Positions 21,001-30,219 of a DNA stretch of 64,000 bases are shown here, in pieces. The notes under the pieces are model-generated. The model saw only the letters and a list, made by a program, of their open reading frames with translations. It was not told where the DNA came from and searched no databases. How positions within the stretch are numbered: position 1 is the stretch's first letter; every line of letters begins with the position of its first letter. The translations under genes were made by a program, and so were the position numbers. This DNA comes from Pseudomonadota bacterium (GTDB lineage: Bacteria > Bdellovibrionota_C > UBA2361 > OMII01): contig JAYPVM010000007.1 in the NCBI GenBank assembly GCA_038134595.1, positions 32,001-96,000 of the forward strand. The letters are read 5' to 3'.

Positions 21001-21576
21001 GTGCATGATGATTTTTTGAACCCACAGTTCGTTTTTTTCGGGCTCACAGCTTTATTTGGCCTCGGTGGCGCCCTATTCTACCTCTTCAGGCGACGACTGA
21101 GTCAGCCCTTCACCGATAGTAGGCTAGCAAAGCTCTATGGTGAGTTTCATGAGAGAATGTGTTACTTCGAGCGACAAGCCCAATCGCTTCATGAGCATGC
21201 TGAGGATTACGTAGCAGTCTTTAACACCCAAGATTGGCAAGGTCTCGTTTCAGAACTTGAGGTTCTACGCAAACAGGATGCTAAAATTCGCGAACTTACA
21301 AAGGCTGGCGATTTCGAAGCCGCAGAGAGGCTTTTACGCGAGATCTGTCATCACCCGAAGTCAGCTACCGAAGGTTTGGCACACGATGCTTGGACGTCTC
21401 ACATTCGGAGTTCTCTTAAGCGAGTCATCCATAACTTAGAGGTCACCACTGAGGAAGCACATAAGCTATCAAACACTTCTCGCAAACGAGGTCGGCGGCC
21501 TACATTAGTGACTCTCGCTGATGTTAAAAAAAGTATTTTAGAGGACGAGGGCATTAGAAGAGAGCTTTTCAAGTGA
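21001..21576 (+). CDS. hypothetical protein, N-terminal TM anchor followed by helical/coiled-coil region
   Basis: 191-aa ORF with one hydrophobic segment then a charged helical region. Confidence 0.65.
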   Translation: MHDDFLNPQFVFFGLTALFGLGGALFYLFRRRLSQPFTDSRLAKLYGEFHERMCYFERQAQSLHEHAEDYVAVFNTQDWQGLVSELEVLRKQDAKIRELTKAGDFEAAERLLREICHHPKSATEGLAHDAWTSHIRSSLKRVIHNLEVTTEEAHKLSNTSRKRGRRPTLVTLADVKKSILEDEGIRRELFK

Positions 21577-21626
21577 TTCGTGAAAATCGCGCTCAGGAAT
21601 TGCAGTATTTCAGACGAACAGTCCTA

Positions 21627-22313
21627 TTACGTCTTTAATGAAAACGGGGTAAAATCTGTTTTATCGTCATAGAAGTCCTCATTCTCAGAACGCTTCAGAA
21701 ATGATACCACCTTGTACGTTATAGGAGTATTAACGGTCTCCCATCCTACCTTCAAAAAGTAATTTGCCACCATTACGCTTATAATAAGTTGGGTGTTCCA
21801 CGTACCATAAAACGCGATGGGATAGAAAACTAGCGTATCGACAAACTCCCCTACTATCGTAGAGCCAATGGTACGAGACCAAAGATGCTTGCCCCTCGTC
21901 CATACTTTCATCTTTGCGAGCGTGTACGAGTTGCAAAACTCCCCGCAGAAAAACCCAACAAGTGACGCAAAAGCGATCCTAGGAGTCGCTCCAAATATGG
22001 TCTCGACTGCGTCCTGATTCCGAAAACCCGCCGCAGGAGGAAGCGTTACGATGAGCCACGCCATAAAAGAGGCAAACGCTAACGCCCCAAATCCCGCCCA
22101 CACAACTTTTCTGGCTCTTGCATACCCGTATACCTCCGTAAGGATATCTCCAAAGATATAGCTTATCGGAAAAAATAAGTTTCCAGCAGAAAAAGCAAAT
22201 CCTCCTACTTGCGTAGCCTTTGTTGCGCCAATCACATTGGAACACAACAAAACCGTCACAAAACTAGCCATCACAAGGTCATAATACTTGTATGTCCGTT
22301 TTTGCATAGTCAT
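21627..22313 (-). CDS. yhhQ: queuosine precursor transporter (VUT/YhhQ family)
   Basis: FPISYIFGDILTEVYGYARAR, RIAFASL, RTIGSTIVGEFVDTLVF. Confidence 0.9.
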   Translation of the reverse strand: MTMQKRTYKYYDLVMASFVTVLLCSNVIGATKATQVGGFAFSAGNLFFPISYIFGDILTEVYGYARARKVVWAGFGALAFASFMAWLIVTLPPAAGFRNQDAVETIFGATPRIAFASLVGFFCGEFCNSYTLAKMKVWTRGKHLWSRTIGSTIVGEFVDTLVFYPIAFYGTWNTQLIISVMVANYFLKVGWETVNTPITYKVVSFLKRSENEDFYDDKTDFTPFSLKT

Positions 22314-22318
22314 AGCAC

Positions 22319-23461
22319 TTATAACACTAACTCAACGTTCACTCGGGGGATGACGACTTCAGTGTTACTATCATGAAGCCGCACAGTAACCACTCGAGCC
22401 ATAGCCTCAGTTTCTAGCCGTACCAAATCAGTCGGCAAATCCACTACCGTTGCCTGCTTTCCGAAATAAGGGACGCGTATAATTCGCACGATACTTCCAA
22501 CTTGCAGTCCAGCATCAGTAATGTTTGCACTTTGTTCAACAAGCTTGCTTACGAGCGATTGGTCAAGCACTCCATGACTTACTACTATCTCAGGCCGAAC
22601 CGCGCCCGCACGTACCTGCGTCGCTCCATTTATAGAAGCAAGCTTTCCATCACAGAACCCTAATAGACATTGTATCGTTGGATTTAATCCTATTGCGCCA
22701 AATCCTTCGGTGATAATAAGACTCATCGATAGATCCTCATCTCCTGTAAGAGCAATACCGATGTCGTATCCAACAAAATTTGATAGAGTTAAATCATCTA
22801 TTGATGCAGTAACAAATCCCACTGCACCTTCCTGTTTCGCTTTCTGCAAAACCTCTAAAGATGGGTTCCGTCCTCCTATCAATATCTTTCCACGACAATC
22901 CGGCGGGAGATGCTCTAAACCAACTGCATCATTAGGTAACACATCAAGCATGTGGATAATGCCTGTTTTTTCTCCTCCAACCCCAAAAATCCCCTGAACA
23001 AATACAGCCTGCGTAGCTATGAGAGCTCCCCTCTGTTCATAAATCGAGCGTACCTTTCCCTGAATATATGCGGGGACTTCAACTCTTGTCGAAGGCTCTC
23101 TGATTCCAAGATGCCCAGTTGCAGGCGTCACAAACTCAACAATACCGTCCACAGGAGATGAAACCGCACTCCTAAGCAAGCCCCACATGCTTGACGTTTC
23201 TGCTAAGACATCCCCCTTAGAAACCTTCGTCCCCTCTTCCACAGTAACACATGGCATTGCATCTTCCGGGTTTAGACTCAACGCGTCTGAAACTCGCACA
23301 ATATGAAGCTCACCCGGGCGGGCACTCTCAGCAATAACAGTGTCAGGAAAAACATCCTGACCCTCCACAACCGAAACGCTTCCTATCATCGGAAGTATTC
23401 GCTCTCTGACAACTTCTACGCTCCCAGAAATAGTGAGACTAGGTGTTAAAACATTCGTCAT
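22319..23461 (-). CDS. conserved hypothetical protein, barrel-sandwich-hybrid-like N-terminus and KOW-like C-terminus
   Basis: VEEGTKVSKGDVLA..SPVDGIVE, QGIFGVGGE, IGIALTGDED, TEGFG, GATQVRAGAVRPE, VGSIVRIIRVPYFG; ATGA overlap with the GlmL-like gene. Confidence 0.8.
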   Translation of the reverse strand: MTNVLTPSLTISGSVEVVRERILPMIGSVSVVEGQDVFPDTVIAESARPGELHIVRVSDALSLNPEDAMPCVTVEEGTKVSKGDVLAETSSMWGLLRSAVSSPVDGIVEFVTPATGHLGIREPSTRVEVPAYIQGKVRSIYEQRGALIATQAVFVQGIFGVGGEKTGIIHMLDVLPNDAVGLEHLPPDCRGKILIGGRNPSLEVLQKAKQEGAVGFVTASIDDLTLSNFVGYDIGIALTGDEDLSMSLIITEGFGAIGLNPTIQCLLGFCDGKLASINGATQVRAGAVRPEIVVSHGVLDQSLVSKLVEQSANITDAGLQVGSIVRIIRVPYFGKQATVVDLPTDLVRLETEAMARVVTVRLHDSNTEVVIPRVNVELVL

Positions 23462-25287
23462 CTGTCCATCTCGCCACTGTACAAACCAAGGCTCTGTAGA
23501 ATGTGCCTCTGGGCATCGATTGTAAAAGAATCCTCAATCATCGGACGATTTCGCCCATCTAAGATAAGGCCGCAGGCACCTAATCGTACGTTTTTAACAA
23601 CTCGCTTGCCTCTTCCTGCACCAATATCAACCGAAGCATGAGACGGAATAACCTCTAGCCGTCCATCTCGAACCTCGCCACCGGCAAATCCGACCATCGA
23701 GACCTCTCCTACACGCAAAACACCGCTATATGAGTCATTCCAAAGCACCTCTGCTATCTCGGTCCCACGGGGAAGTCGCTCCGAGAATATGGGCGCCACT
23801 GCCACTCCGAGAGGAATAAGGCAATCTCGGGTAAATATCTCATGAGCTCCCTCTAGATTGACCGTTGAGAAGACTCCAAGATGCGGAAGCATGAATATCG
23901 AATCAACAGCTAGCTCGGTTATTCCCTCTAAGGCAAATCCGTCAAGCATCATCAGCGCTGCTTGCATTCGATTGGGAGCATGACTTAACACTCCCCCCGA
24001 ACCTACAACAACATCAAGCTGCATCATATCCACAAGCTCAAATCGACTACTGGATTGACGAAAAATATTAGCGATTCCCTTTGTACTACCTCCATCGTCA
24101 ACCCCAATTGCCAACGATTTATGGTGAGCAAGGGCTAATCGCAGTGCTTCTCGACAGACTGTTTGCTCAACAACAAGGTCCTGCTTCGTCTGCGGTATCG
24201 AAGTGGGACGAATCATTTTATTTCGCAATCGATCGCGTAAATCTTCCTCAGCAATCGAGAAAGGAAGCCATCGCATGATGTTGCTAATTCCAGCCTCAAC
24301 CAACACATTGGCCATCGAATAGCTCATCCCAAGATTTGCACTAACTGAGCGATTCCCAATTTTCTTGCCCTGTGCATCTGGAAAAACTGAAAAAATATCG
24401 GTAGTGGCTCCACCAATATCGGCGCATAGTACGCTCTTTTCGCTCTCATTAGCATATGCATTAACCACCGCGCCAACTGCCGCTGGCGTTGGCATGACCG
24501 GTACTGGTGACATCCCGAGAAGCTTTCCATATCCCGGCGAGTGGCTCATGACATGCGACAAGAAAAGCTCATGTATCGCCTCTCTCGCAGGAGTAATATT
24601 CTCCGCGTCCAAAGTTGGCCGAACGTTTTGAACCACGATAACCTCAGCCACCCGTCCAAGAATCTCGCCAACCTCCTGAGCAGCATTCGCATTCCCCGCA
24701 TAGATGACTGGGAGCCTAAGTGTATCGCCAAATCGAGCCTTAGGATCTGCGGCGACTAATATTTCAGCCATTTCGACAACGTGAGAAGCAGAGCCTCCAT
24801 CAATTCCGCCTGTCAGAAGAACTATATCTGGCTTTACGTGGCGAATTCTCTCTACGCGCTGGTAATCTTCACGACCATCATCAGCAGAAACTGCATCCAT
24901 CACAATAGCTCCAGCGCCCAACGCCGCTCTCTGAGCTGATTCAGTCGAAATGGTACCGACAACGCCGACTACGAGCATTTGCAGCCCTCCACCCGCTGAG
25001 CTCGTGGATAAATAGAGATCAACGCCGATCGCAGGATTTTCTGCGCTAATAATCAACGCCCCAGAATCGTCGAGTAACTGTCTGCCACTAATCTCCTGAA
25101 TCTCTCGAAAGGCGTTACTTACTCCCACCGTAACATCGGCTACGGGTTCCTCTACAGTAGTCGGAGCTTCACCACGATACGTCTGCCTCCAACCCTCATC
25201 TGTTCTTTCAAAAAGAAGCGCCTTCGTCGTAGTAGAACCACAATCTGTCACTAATACGGTCGCTGCATTTTCGGGAGAAGGACTCAT
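23458..25287 (-). CDS. glutamate mutase L (GlmL/MutL)-family ASKHA actin-fold ATPase
   Basis: Phosphate-1 DCGSTTTK, SSAGGGL, LLTGGIDGG, YAGN, MPTP, phosphate-2 DIGGATTD, adenosine-like GSGGVLSH; ATG 25287 overlaps the upstream TAA by 1 nt. Confidence 0.88.
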   Translation of the reverse strand: MSPSPENAATVLVTDCGSTTTKALLFERTDEGWRQTYRGEAPTTVEEPVADVTVGVSNAFREIQEISGRQLLDDSGALIISAENPAIGVDLYLSTSSAGGGLQMLVVGVVGTISTESAQRAALGAGAIVMDAVSADDGREDYQRVERIRHVKPDIVLLTGGIDGGSASHVVEMAEILVAADPKARFGDTLRLPVIYAGNANAAQEVGEILGRVAEVIVVQNVRPTLDAENITPAREAIHELFLSHVMSHSPGYGKLLGMSPVPVMPTPAAVGAVVNAYANESEKSVLCADIGGATTDIFSVFPDAQGKKIGNRSVSANLGMSYSMANVLVEAGISNIMRWLPFSIAEEDLRDRLRNKMIRPTSIPQTKQDLVVEQTVCREALRLALAHHKSLAIGVDDGGSTKGIANIFRQSSSRFELVDMMQLDVVVGSGGVLSHAPNRMQAALMMLDGFALEGITELAVDSIFMLPHLGVFSTVNLEGAHEIFTRDCLIPLGVAVAPIFSERLPRGTEIAEVLWNDSYSGVLRVGEVSMVGFAGGEVRDGRLEVIPSHASVDIGAGRGKRVVKNVRLGACGLILDGRNRPMIEDSFTIDAQRHILQSLGLYSGEMDR

Positions 25288-25997
25288 TAAAACGTTCCTC
25301 CAGTCACATTGATGATAGCAGAAATCCAATCACGAGAGATGAACTGGACTCTTTCTACCAATAAAGCCAAGCGCGCCATCACAGTAGATCCAAAAAAAGC
25401 TCCAAAACATACCATCAGCAGGGGGCGTCCCCAACTGGCAGTTCTACTTTGCACAGAACCTGTCCGTCCAAGCGTAAAGAAAAAATAATTCAAAACAAGA
25501 AAAAGAATCGCCACAAACAAGAGATTATTAACACTCTCAACTGCCTGAAAACCGCCGTCTCTCCAGACCAAAATCGGCTTAAAACTACTTGCAATTTGAG
25601 GAATCACCTCAGCAAAAAATCCCCGTATAGCGAGCGCTCCACTAGCTCCAAGAGACACTCCTATCGCTATTTTTGAGAGCCATGCATGCTTTCTTGAGTA
25701 CATAGAGTAATACAACATGCCCAAGATCATTGGAAATACATACAAAAAATAAAGCGGTTGATATTCGGCTGAAAACGTTCCATCGGGATATGCTGTAATT
25801 GTATATCCCAGCATCGGTTCAACGATCTGGGGCCACAAAAAGTCCCTTAGCACTAGAATTGGCCCAATACCTGCCGCCACACCGATAAACATATGCTCAA
25901 AAATTCGATAGAAATAGTTCTCTTTGATTAAAAAACTAAATATCGCAATCGTTCCGATACCACCGAGTATAATAGAAAGAAGCTCTGATTGGGCCAT
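25287..25997 (-). CDS. integral membrane protein (about 6 TM), uncharacterised
   Basis: SFLIKENYFYRIFEHMFIGVAAG and GRPLLMVCFGAFFGSTVMARLALL; multiple hydrophobic segments; start MAQSELL. Confidence 0.8.
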   Translation of the reverse strand: MAQSELLSIILGGIGTIAIFSFLIKENYFYRIFEHMFIGVAAGIGPILVLRDFLWPQIVEPMLGYTITAYPDGTFSAEYQPLYFLYVFPMILGMLYYSMYSRKHAWLSKIAIGVSLGASGALAIRGFFAEVIPQIASSFKPILVWRDGGFQAVESVNNLLFVAILFLVLNYFFFTLGRTGSVQSRTASWGRPLLMVCFGAFFGSTVMARLALLVERVQFISRDWISAIINVTGGTF

Positions 25998-25998
25998 A

Positions 25999-26862
25999 TC
26001 AATCACGTCTCCTCTTTGACCAGGAATACAGCGACACAACATTTCCAGCGACAATTAATAGAATAATCGCTATCTGCGCAGCACCCAATGCGGTGTTCGT
26101 TAACAACAGGTTCTTATGTGACGACTGAGGAAACGACCGTTGCAACAACTCTCCATACCAAGCCGCCCCAGCAATCCCCTCCAAAAGCCCGTGCAGCTGT
26201 TTTGAGTCTAAAAAGATGTATGCCTCTGGAATGGTAATCGAAGTACAACCATGCACAAATGTAGGTCGGTATCCCTTTTTCTGAAAGAACTGGATAATTG
26301 TATCAAATACTCCCGTAAGACCGGTTATCTCCCCAACTAATTTGATTTTCTCCACGCCTGTTATCTTTGCAAATGCCGGATAATGCTCAATTGGCATTCC
26401 TAATACGTCACGTCCTAGAAAAGTAGAAATATCCGTGGAGGCAACTAGTGATTGGATGTAGTTACCCGATCCCGGTTTATATCCTCCATTAATCCAACTC
26501 TCTCCGTACTTCCATTCCTGCTCTGGCATCTCTATATTCAATTTGTCGGCCACTTTGCGCGGAATAGTCTTTAAAAGCCCCTCTGAAAGCGGGTACTGGG
26601 AGAGTAAAAGAACAGGTATCCGACGACGAAACAAGTGCTCTAGCAAGACCTCTGCTTGCGCCCCGTTTTCTGCAATCGTATTGGGACCAAAATCAAGCCA
26701 GACAAGTGCAATATCTCCCTCTACGATAGAAACATTCTCAACAACCGAGTACATGCGCTCTGCAGAGATCATCCGCGCAGGCTTTGTCGAGAATCCAAAT
26801 ACGATAGGAATCGCAACAACTGCGATCATCAATAAATAAACATAGCGGTGAGAAAAACGCAT
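25999..26862 (-). CDS. membrane protein with soluble alpha/beta domain between terminal TM helices, uncharacterised
   Basis: N- and C-terminal TM segments; YGESWINGGY, GCTSITIPE, GLLEGIAGAAWY; 1-2 nt spacing to neighbours. Confidence 0.8.
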   Translation of the reverse strand: MRFSHRYVYLLMIAVVAIPIVFGFSTKPARMISAERMYSVVENVSIVEGDIALVWLDFGPNTIAENGAQAEVLLEHLFRRRIPVLLLSQYPLSEGLLKTIPRKVADKLNIEMPEQEWKYGESWINGGYKPGSGNYIQSLVASTDISTFLGRDVLGMPIEHYPAFAKITGVEKIKLVGEITGLTGVFDTIIQFFQKKGYRPTFVHGCTSITIPEAYIFLDSKQLHGLLEGIAGAAWYGELLQRSFPQSSHKNLLLTNTALGAAQIAIILLIVAGNVVSLYSWSKRRRD

Positions 26863-26864
26863 TC

Positions 26865-27929
26865 CTATCTGCCCTCCGAAGATGTTTTGGACTCAATAGA
26901 AAACCACATTCGTATTGCTAACATCAGTCCAGCCACAGCAGCACCAAAACGAATCGCGCGAAACACCGCGCTGTTCGGAACCTCCAGAAGCCACTGCCGT
27001 AATGCGGGCATATCCTCGTATATCCACTTACCAAATGAGATCTGCCCCAGCATTACCACCAAAGCCGCTACCATCATTAACGTAGATTCCATACTCCGCA
27101 CACGAAAAGCTCGAAAGGCAGCAGCCGCAATATACACCCCAAGGAGCGCAAACATGGCGGCTCCAAGATTCTCAAAAATCCCCGAGTATAAAACCGTATA
27201 CATTTGAGGAATCAATCCTTGCTCAGCATCTCTTCTCCGAATCACAGAATACGCAGTAGCATATCCACCGGCATGCTGTGATACTCTCTCCAAAAGCACC
27301 TTGTTACTATCGGAAAGATTCTCCCAAGATACCGTTTCTACTCTATCTAGATCGGCTGCCAACAGAATTTGATTCTTATGCAACTCTTCTCTCAAGGTCA
27401 GACTTTCTTGACTACCGTCTCCGTGACCCTCTATTGAGGCACGTTCGACCTCGCCTAGAACTTCTCTGACATACTTGGTCAACGCATGCACACGAAACTC
27501 AAGCTTCGGCAACTCGCCGGCAGGAGAGAAGCTTTTAGGGTTCTTTACATCCGAGGCATCACTGAGTATCCGATTTGAAAACTCGCCAATTACATATATC
27601 CGCTGAAGCTCACTCGAAACGGCTCTGTTTCGAATCCACTGTGCCGTAGTAACTCCCAGGGTGGAAACAAGGCTCACAAGCAGCACAGCACTAAATGTCC
27701 ATCCTCGACGCTTAAAAACAACGTGCGATCCGTGCCCAATTACCAGATTAATAATACCCAAGCCAATTGCCATCGCCCCAATGACGATGAATCCATTCGA
27801 AATCCCAGGATGCGCATCTTTAATCCCGATGACTTCAAGGGCTGATTCGGGCACGATAAAATGAAAGAAGAAATAAATTCCACCAAGAAAGGTAAAACTT
27901 CTTATGAGTGCTGTCCTACTATCCATCAC
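26865..27929 (-). CDS. integral membrane protein with inserted helical domain, uncharacterised
   Basis: Three N-terminal TMs, a charged soluble insert, then AMFALLGVYIAAAAFRAFRVRS...VMLGQ...VPNSAVFRAI. Confidence 0.8.
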   Translation of the reverse strand: MMDSRTALIRSFTFLGGIYFFFHFIVPESALEVIGIKDAHPGISNGFIVIGAMAIGLGIINLVIGHGSHVVFKRRGWTFSAVLLVSLVSTLGVTTAQWIRNRAVSSELQRIYVIGEFSNRILSDASDVKNPKSFSPAGELPKLEFRVHALTKYVREVLGEVERASIEGHGDGSQESLTLREELHKNQILLAADLDRVETVSWENLSDSNKVLLERVSQHAGGYATAYSVIRRRDAEQGLIPQMYTVLYSGIFENLGAAMFALLGVYIAAAAFRAFRVRSMESTLMMVAALVVMLGQISFGKWIYEDMPALRQWLLEVPNSAVFRAIRFGAAVAGLMLAIRMWFSIESKTSSEGR

Positions 27930-27942
27930 CCTCTCTCCGCCG

Positions 27943-28758
27943 CTACCATGTTACAACATCTCCCCATGAGAGAAACAGGAGTGAAACCGGATTTAACCAG
28001 CTAAGCGTCGAATCCCAAGATCCAACTGTAGCACAAACAACTCCGATCAATATAAAAACACAAAACAGAAGCTTCACTCTATCCTGCGCTACTACCGTTG
28101 CAACCTGCACAGGATCTCGACTTAAATAAGCAGAAGCACCAAACAGCTCCTCTCCAATTAATGTGTACTCGCAGGTGCAAATAAAAAATGCCACCTGTTC
28201 TGGACTTACACTGGCCGCAACCTGTCGGGCACCGACTTGCTGTCCTGCTTCTGCCAAGATAAGTGATTCAGCCGCAAAGGCCCCAAATAAAAATGCGGCT
28301 CCCGGTTTTTCTCGATGAATGAGTCCCATATAACCGGAGGCAAATGCAAATTGCTCACTCGATAGAAATTTAATCGTAGAGGGATCAAACAGAGAACCTT
28401 TCCCAACATCTCGATACGCCTGCCTGACAGTATCCTCTACTACTGCCATAACCTCCGGAGAATACTGCGGCACAAGGAGCTTGAGTTTATATTGAGCTGC
28501 AGTCTTTGTAATCGATTCAAGCACCCCCAGACAAGCATACAGGGTTGGTGAGATATCAGTAAGTCCGGTAGAAAACGAAATAGCTCGCCCTTGTTCGGCG
28601 CTCCTTCCAATCGCATCCTCGATAGCATCTATCCCAGGAATCTTTCGTATCTCAAATTTCCTACCGGCTCGCACACTATAGAATGACCAGCAAAAAACAG
28701 CCGAGAGCAACCCAAGTAATACAATGATACCAGGAGTGGCGTGCTCGATACCCGTCAT
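27943..28758 (-). CDS. DUF6754-like membrane protein
   Basis: IRKIPGIDAIEDAIGRSAEQGR, QFAFASG, FAAESLILAEAG, CEYTLIGEELFGASAYLSRDP; family name from recall. Confidence 0.7.
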   Translation of the reverse strand: MTGIEHATPGIIVLLGLLSAVFCWSFYSVRAGRKFEIRKIPGIDAIEDAIGRSAEQGRAISFSTGLTDISPTLYACLGVLESITKTAAQYKLKLLVPQYSPEVMAVVEDTVRQAYRDVGKGSLFDPSTIKFLSSEQFAFASGYMGLIHREKPGAAFLFGAFAAESLILAEAGQQVGARQVAASVSPEQVAFFICTCEYTLIGEELFGASAYLSRDPVQVATVVAQDRVKLLFCVFILIGVVCATVGSWDSTLSWLNPVSLLFLSWGDVVTW

Positions 28759-29228
28759 GTATCAACCTCGGACGAATCGATAGACGATTCACGAAATCGC
28801 TCTGCAAAAAAGCGCGCTTGCTCACCAGGGCTAACTGCCGGACCAGTCACTACGGACAGATGTGCCTCCGAAGCCTTGCCTCGTATCGCGTCGTTTGGCC
28901 CGCAATCTCTCAAGGGGCCATCACTCTGCTCCTGTTGGCCTTGCTTGTTAGCTTCGCTATCAGCAGACTCGTCTCGCAAGCACTCTAAGAGCACAATAAG
29001 CCGCTCAACCTCATCCGAGGATTCCAATACCTCTTTTAGCTCTACCATTAATTCTCGGCCACAAAGGGCGATTTGAATAGGAACAGAGCAGGCATACAAT
29101 TGTCGAGCACATCCAACCAATGGCTTGCTCATCTCAAAGAGAAATATCGCAGGAGTAGTAAGCCCTCGTTGATGGATCCTACAAGCCAATGTATATACTG
29201 CATCATCTGTTGTAGAGGATTGCTTCAT
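28755..29228 (-). CDS. hypothetical protein, first gene of the GlmL-membrane operon
   Basis: IHQRGLTTPAIFLFEMSKPL motif; stop overlaps the start of the next gene (ATGA); start uncertain (29228 or 29303). Confidence 0.6.
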   Translation of the reverse strand: MKQSSTTDDAVYTLACRIHQRGLTTPAIFLFEMSKPLVGCARQLYACSVPIQIALCGRELMVELKEVLESSDEVERLIVLLECLRDESADSEANKQGQQEQSDGPLRDCGPNDAIRGKASEAHLSVVTGPAVSPGEQARFFAERFRESSIDSSEVDT

Positions 29229-29352
29229 TAGTGAGACTTTTTTGTCGCCCAACACTCGGGCATCGTATGAGGCTACACGCACTCCAGTAGTGTCGAACAG
29301 CAAGCTTTTTTGCGCAAGACATCAAGTATTTAGGGATATCGGGCGCGATAAA

Positions 29353-30219
29353 CTATGGTGATATCTGCAAGCTAGCAAGCTCTGCTTCAAGCACATCAAT
29401 CTGCTCAAAGCGCGTTTGCTCTATTAACCTAAGCTTCTCCTCGACGGTGTAACCATCGTCCGCTTCCCGCTCGGATTGCGGCTCAGTTGATACCGATACC
29501 AACGATAGCTCTTGGACCTGTTTCAAAAGCCCCTGCTCCCGAGCTTCCATGTTTCTCGCAAGCGTAGCATCTCTAATCCTATCAGCTAATGTCCGCACAA
29601 GACTCTCATTGTAGGGGCGTTTACTATACGTCACAGCAGACGGCTGTTCTCCAGACCCTTCTCCCGCACCCAAACTCGCAAGGCGCATTAACGATGCTCT
29701 CACGCGAGCATCACGCAGTTGGCGACGTTTCCGATCTCCGCTTTCTGAGTTTTCTGCTTTAATCTTTTGATACTCCCCTTGAAGCTCTACAAACCGTTGT
29801 CGAAGACCGCTGGAATCCATAAAATTAAGCCGAGCGAGGTCGTATGGCACCACCTCGCGATAACGAGAATACACGCTTCCTTCACGGCTAACCGCGAGAA
29901 ACAAAAGTCCAAATTTTTGCCTTACATCAATTACGGAAAACCTGGCTATCGCCATCGTTCCTACTGCATGTTTGACCGGACGCCATGTAGCGGGCACTAC
30001 TGTTAAGTCTCCGTCTTCCCGAACTACCTGTACAAGAACCGCCTGAACATCATCTACGTCAGAAAAAAACTCTTGGACGGTCACCGAGGTGCCCTTGGTA
30101 CCTATTTCCTGGGCAAATACCTCTCGAAAAGAGATACACATAAGCGAACAGAAAAGCCCCGCTAGCAAGCCCCATCCAAGGTGGCTCGCTTTTTTATTGA
30201 AACTGTTGATAAAATTCAT
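29353..30219 (-). CDS. hypothetical exported coiled-coil protein
   Basis: Signal-like N-terminus ending VFA, charged helical C-terminal half. Confidence 0.6.
   Translation of the reverse strand: MNFINSFNKKASHLGWGLLAGLFCSLMCISFREVFAQEIGTKGTSVTVQEFFSDVDDVQAVLVQVVREDGDLTVVPATWRPVKHAVGTMAIARFSVIDVRQKFGLLFLAVSREGSVYSRYREVVPYDLARLNFMDSSGLRQRFVELQGEYQKIKAENSESGDRKRRQLRDARVRASLMRLASLGAGEGSGEQPSAVTYSKRPYNESLVRTLADRIRDATLARNMEAREQGLLKQVQELSLVSVSTEPQSEREADDGYTVEEKLRLIEQTRFEQIDVLEAELASLQISP

Noticed and set aside
23458..25287. Reading the MutL name as the DNA mismatch-repair protein
   Set aside because: Motifs are ASKHA/actin-fold, not GHKL; only the name is shared
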